DNA from: Candidatus Calescibacterium sp.
GTDB taxonomy: Bacteria > Calescibacteriota > Calescibacteriia > Calescibacteriales > Calescibacteriaceae
Reading direction: 5' to 3'
Assembly: GCA_032249135.1 (NCBI GenBank)
Contig: JAVVGL010000004.1
Coordinates: forward strand, 62,760-126,759
DNA length: 64,000 nt
Part shown: piece after piece, positions 62,701-64,000 of the stretch
Layout: the number at the start of each line of letters is the position of its first letter
How positions within the stretch are numbered: position 1 is the first letter of the stretch
The notes under the pieces: model-generated
Seen by the model: only the letters and a program-made list of their open reading frames with translations
Told to the model about the DNA's origin: nothing
The model's database searches: none
Program-made: the position numbers and the translations under genes

Positions 62701-63501
62701 TGAGCCATCTATCTTATAAACTAACAAAGATGTATCCCAACACACCCCTGCTATCCCCTTTTTGTTATTCCCTCTTGCTCCTATCACTCCCATCACCTGT
62801 GTCCCATGGTCCTGACTTATCTCACTTTGAGTTATCTCCTCATAATAAACTACATTTCCTTCAAAATCCTCATGATTTAGATTGAAACCAAAGTCAATAA
62901 CTGCAACTGTGACAGATTTTGAGCATGTTGCAATATCCCAAGCTTTGGGGAGGTTTATAAGTTCTGCCCAGTATTGCTCCTGAAATTTCGGATCATCTGG
63001 AATTGTTTGCATATTGAGAACAAAGTTCGGAGTTGCAACCACAACCTCATCATAAGATTGAGCAAGATTTATCTTTTCCCTTATCTCATCATCTGTTTGA
63101 GCTTGAACTTCAACTTGGACTATTCCCAAAATTGGCTCTCCACCTATAATCTTACCTCCAAGTTTAGAAATTATCTTTTTTACTTTCCTTTCTGATGTTT
63201 TAGGTGAGAAAGCAAGAAGGATTTGATTTTTTGCCAATTTCAGACCAGTTCTTTTATCTTGGATAATTTCTCTTGGGGGTTCAACTTTATCTGGGATAAT
63301 TTTTGCGTACTTTGGAGGTTCAATGGGAGGGTAATGACGAGGAATTTCGGAATCAACATGAAAAATTTGCCCTTTCACTACTTTCTTTTTACAAGATATG
63401 AAGAAGAAAGAGAAAGAGAAGGAAATTAAGAGAATAGTGATAAATAAAGAAAGAAAAGAAGGAGAAGAAAAATATTTTACACCCCCGTTTTTCATTTTCA
63501 C
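50704..63501 (-). CDS. Giant lipoprotein: S8 subtilase, four PQQ/BamB-like propellers, 20 FN3 domains and a C-terminal FG-GAP/VCBS region (start probably ATG 63495)
   Basis: Lipobox-like FFISC; triad VIDFG / HGTQV / GTSLS; SSPAI..DG.VYV repeats; P..L...W.DNS..E.G..VER...Y.YRVRA repeats; GDIDGDG..EIVV repeats. Confidence 0.88.
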   Translation of the reverse strand: MKMKNGGVKYFSSPSFLSLFITILLISFSFSFFFISCKKKVVKGQIFHVDSEIPRHYPPIEPPKYAKIIPDKVEPPREIIQDKRTGLKLAKNQILLAFSPKTSERKVKKIISKLGGKIIGGEPILGIVQVEVQAQTDDEIREKINLAQSYDEVVVATPNFVLNMQTIPDDPKFQEQYWAELINLPKAWDIATCSKSVTVAVIDFGFNLNHEDFEGNVVYYEEITQSEISQDHGTQVMGVIGARGNNKKGIAGVCWDTSLLVYKIDGSIMSLIRYMLDAADRGARVINFSGGLGWSREPSVHIPEDWDVLEQQIRIFEPVFRYLLFSDVVFVQAAGNSGWDAIWSGVGAPLEEEFPNIIIVGSSDKNKKLSSFSSRGSAVKVIAPGEDILTTCGGFQLYCSATGTSLSAGLVSGVAALVRGMRQDLTAKDVKEAILSGPKTEEGYVFLDAEAILRYAQTQKASEKITGTQEKPQISEEPQGELVPFAINRAWTYNPGGGNQSRSSPAITLEGANWVIYYVTSNNAAPYSAVLRKVRDDGNAGTLLWTFSIGTGMSNPSYSSPAIGDDGTVYVASNAGVFAVYPNGTSRWWSPLDSGDTILYNSPTISYDGRVYVTSHGQAKLYAFIGSSGAQVGGFPVSFKIGGEGNIWGSAVVAPDGVIYVAVDYPTSGTGALYAVNPDGTIKWGTQVGRLQATPSIDCDGTIWICSLDTYCRKFNPQTGAVLTSFQIIDADTVELSSCAIVDDKLFFGAVLNNRLHSYFTNGTRRWYLAAGNDFQASPAVSANLSVWAGNLDNNMYVVYDPSRTAESSNLGQNVAVWSSAALRPDGRLYVSRESGRLVAFSSSSDSSGLADAAWPKFKHDNSNTGRLHLCTPQSITGSAISDSQIKIQWTDKTAYETGYKVERCQGAGCTSFSEIGSTGAASGYGSTVTFVDTLLSEYTVYCYRVRAFRTIGATTIYSKYSDTVCIRTKPKAPSGLNATASSDSQINLSWSDNSAANDSYRVERAISGGAYSEIAVLGDVSSYSDTWLLEGTNYCYRVRACVGTDCSDYSNESCAITFPKAPTGPSATANSHTQITFEFWDNSETEEGFKIERRTQAGTWTVIATLGPSSGSGSKVVYVDTGLSPSTSYWYRARAYKGTVFSFYTEEVSATTLDPPATPPAAPSSLEVIETTGTYVKLSWQDNSTDEEGFVVERCQGAGCDFSSKVTFVIAQSNVTQYTDTTISELTTYRYRVYAYNNQGNSSPSNVVETTTQIAEPTNLQVFGVGSTKVYLWWKENSSVEQNIVVERCEGAGCDFSTKVTQVLPQNATDYTWPGLTSETTYGFRVYAWASGQQSQYSNVVYVTLLSPPTNLFANPVLPSQINLSWNDGSSYEGSYKVERCQGAGCSGFSGIANLAANTTSYQDTGLQANTTYCYRVRAEKSDAVSDWSEVSCGTTPNAGVAWTFAVAGAGTAYSSPSTGQDGRIFTTAWGGGAATRGFRAISRAGTSIWGPTLNVNIFSSPASSPEGYVIAGAEDNNLYKRLSSNGNAVCSYNSGGVIRSSPSLFSSYRVIFGSNNNYITVISSGGACTLVGQYLTGGPVISSPAIDIQDRAYVGSDDGKLYALNDVANPIWSYTVGSGWVVRSSPAISCTGDIYFTAQSGTSEIRLFALDYSGNLKWSRTLSTAPPALSLTDIIPSPVIGQDDAIYVSATSGSNALLYKIRDLGNNSQVDWVLQTTGPAISTPAVDRNGNVWFAANTRLHKVVGGTIVWFYSMGTQTVRSSPLISGDAGRVYIIGGDGLLYAFDTDAYPPQEPVWYQFKGNTQRDGRVKGLCRPINLSVNIQSHSTAILSWTRHTIFEQGFYVERAPSPIGPFTQIADLPAGTTQYTDTGLSEGTNYCWRVRSYRGTITSNYSLTICGTTKLGTPTSLNASPQSSTQVLLTWTDNSTKETGYYVERCEGSGCTSFSVVATLGENSGSYLDEGLPEATTWTYRVKAFSSDNESAYSNTSVATTYLHKPTGENAVAVNYQRIEVYWNDNSSKESGYYVERCQGAGCTSFSVIATMPANSTSYIDEPVSPSTTYRYRIRAFSDAGIYSLYSGIVEATTPAPPPSPPDAPSNLTSQAVASTQVNLWWQDNSAIEQGFKIERMPEGATFYEIASVGADVTYYEDTTATCDVYYTYRVRAYNEYGFSNYSNTSTAVPMCAPSSLGATVISNSQIDLTWQDNSTRESKVEVWRSSDGASYSRVAILSANSTSYSDTGLAEATIYWYKVRVTNDTGVSSFSNVVSASTKPNDPSSLTAQPQSASSIKLSWQDNSSGESGYEVERCQGSGCTSFVKIADLPPNTIEFTDTGLSPSTTYRYRVRAYKTGSDVGVVYSGYSNVAEATTYGSGSEVFKIFVSGGVTGTPAIDVDGTIIFGGADGKLYAIKPDGSQKWVVNIGSPILSSPAITCERDVFFGAGNGRLYSVRATDGNINWNVLLGGQIRASPAISNDGEVYVGTTGGVFYAVRATDGTILRRYPSTGNIGAIYTSATIDGANVVFAADDQKVYVLSRSTFTLVCSTAALGAIIRSSPAVDSTGIYVGLDNGQVAKINKSSCAVSASVSFGAGTQVRSSPAVSDYVYVSVISSAGAIVALDKGTLQVVSRMEFGGASTSSPAIADSGVVYVASNTPAGGYLWALTRSGSSFLVSWQFELTGQANEASPAIAPSGNIYIGSTKGLYAVSGTSPLSSSAEYPKFRLDRFNTGGARLCAPSNLQAQAASTSQVDLTWKDNSENEQGFGVERKDEGAASYSFLATAPANATTYSDTTASEGTYYCYRVTAYTSNSVSPYSNEACDLVYPAAPTGLKVETISSSSLTATWYDNSSKEDTYYVERCQGSGCTSFAVIAALPANVTGYQDTGLSEAQTYCYKVRNKRTFNSITRYSSYSDSYCKTTKPATPTSLQANAVTYNRIDLTWQDNSAGESGYLIERTGYVSGSCDASGWTQIASLGANPGTGTMTYQDTTVVKTTTYCYRVRAYKTVGSETVYSEYSNEATATTPDVPIPNTPSGLQIIYQGTATMVISWTDNSNNEEGFGIERCQGAGCTNFAFIATQPANDTDYQDSGLIEATTYCYRVTAYNSYGSSGYSNTACETTQLVAPDGLTTGFSGTAIGVFWNDNSSAEENYLVERNVNNGGWIQIATLGPNTTNYQDTAYVDGVSNCYRVRAKKGSVYSSYSNVSCPTPGLKAPSGLSVYDEMSSSVSSAVVLTWVDNSSGEEGFWIWRSDDGSTFTKVATMGANVTNATIWGLVEGKYYWFKVSAFNSGGESGYSNTISTEAVPYAPSGLTVVSGAFLRTLEIHWQDRSTIETGYEVWMRKEGSAIWATDLTDANTEYYSKEFSEEATYCIKVRAKKGVSKYSSYAGEVCWMALGSPSPLVAEVISSAAIKLTWQDSSTQETGFRIEKMKLGTDTDWVLLTTKSPNSTTHVHSGLAAGTYCYRVRTEAGGGVSSWSNVACASIISGCSGTIWNVDLSGGIGGGITTSAVIDDSSVYVGTSTGYLIAVDVMNGNIRWLKNLGSAVSSHLCASHEGQRTTIFVGTLDGKFHSVDSDGNLIGTRDLGGVVGGCAVKDGKVYLGTTTGWVFVMSKTLSILNSKQVLGAISTAPAIDAIRGSVYFVTEAGKVYAFSLDLTDKWSITVTGTPVIKSSPGLGPKGDIYFGADDGKLYKVSPSGSVVYDTGTTISSAIRSSPVVYVYGSQVTVFVGAENGSVYAIKEDITGTTPSLLWSYSTGSAVKSTAALSQKSVFIGSGLTLYSISIGGGSSSCSVGVLGSITAPVKMKGQIVYVGTEGGRLYAISFGEPQASYSWVDFGNGNGRVLDIHPYRGFAVEDRPWPVSLGTGVGAEIWASPKLYDFDGDEKLEIVILTRGGQVYVLNSDGTVKTGWPKSTGNAIFGTSAIGDIDGDGSVEIVVGNDGGLVYAFDSAGNVKSGFPISVTCKVRFITLANIDSDPENEILFTALNPCNRLYAYDGNGTLKWYYEPGQLMASYPVVNGSGTSAEILITDTNGNVYKFNSSGNLISGWPINLGLSQWLSSPSVGDIDKDGTRDFVVGTTNPVTIYAYDLDGNSKWSLVLQDENGNNLIGYYPRHIVLADIDGDSNLEVIVTVLPYSSGNPGYIYVIDNNGVRMWFKKFSSSPSLAPAVGDFDYDGSQEIAVLTDNGWLYIFESDGIQAQGSPYFLGNNLGGFTSPVFGDIDGDSRLELVFGDKAGYVRAFEFGKQTNNGKKEWYFKKNLKNNANYDEND

Positions 63502-63788
63502 ATTCTCCTTTTTTATTTCACATCTTCAAATTTATTTACAATTTTTTCTTTTTCTTTTTTGTTAGCCTCTTTTTGTTTTATATTTTAATCGCAGTTTTTG
63601 AGTTTTGTTATTTTTGAGTGTTTTTTTCTGAAAAAAATGGGACTTTGTTAGCAATATCAACTATTCTTTTTGATTTTTGTTTTTTCCTTTTTTCTCTGCT
63701 TGAAAATTCAAGGGGTTCCGAATGGGGGGGTATAGAAAATGAGGTTTTGAAATTTTTGTTAGCTATGCTAAATATTCTGTTTTCACTA

Positions 63789-64000
63789 TTATCTTTGTTC
63801 TTTTTGCTGTTGATTTTGAGATATGTCAATAATTTTGTAAAGCAAGTTTTTTATATCTCTTACATCGCTCTCAATTTTTTCTATACGTACCTTTATCTCT
63901 TTTATTTCACCTTTCATTTCCGCTGTCTCTACCTTTATATTTGCCAGTTCCTTTCTTATTTCTTTGTTATCTTCTTCTATTTTTTCTATTCTTCTTACTA
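63789..64000 (-). CDS. Partial coiled-coil protein, paralog of 49011..49388 (5' end outside window)
   Basis: Not in the ORF track. Reads VRRIEKIEEDNKEIRKELANIKVE...DIKNLLYKIIDISQNQQQKEQR*; 63946-64000 is identical to 49144-49198. Confidence 0.8.
   Translation of the reverse strand, partial: VRRIEKIEEDNKEIRKELANIKVETAEMKGEIKEIKVRIEKIESDVRDIKNLLYKIIDISQNQQQKEQR

Noticed and set aside
51888-63429. Many short ORFs within or antisense to the giant gene, and similar ones inside other long genes
   Set aside because: Shadow ORFs with no motifs, expected opposite long coding sequences.
63608-63829. 73-aa ORF upstream of the giant gene
   Set aside because: It overlaps the 3' end of the coiled-coil paralog in another frame and has no supporting features.

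Overview
This is a 64 kb window of low-GC bacterial chromosome, probably from a thermophilic diderm. That inference rests on the Ogg2-type glycosylase, charged Lys/Glu-rich proteins, outer-membrane barrels and a MYXO-CTERM-like sorting signal. Gene order is highly scrambled: atpA, cheA, fliR, gspK, rpoZ, a dppB-type permease and an aspartokinase ACT subunit each occur without their usual partners. Housekeeping genes include aroA, nadA, folD, glmM, htpX, mazG, radA, ychF and ogg. Accessory content: (1) a glycan-modification cluster (GT2, two paralogous GT-C-like proteins, an AsnB-like amidotransferase, a methyltransferase); (2) an Rpn-like nuclease followed by a duplicated copy of its C-terminal module; (3) two acyl-CoA mutase large subunits with different specificity residues; (4) a 1340-aa BPI/TULIP-like surface protein; (5) a radical SAM gene beside one of two paralogous Tat-like small proteins; (6) a 4265-aa subtilase lipoprotein built from repeated propeller/FN3 blocks. 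Items 5 and 6 lie between two copies of a coiled-coil gene. At least three genes appear broken. I saw no rRNA, tRNA, CRISPR array or IS element. All calls come from motif recognition by eye; no database searches were run.
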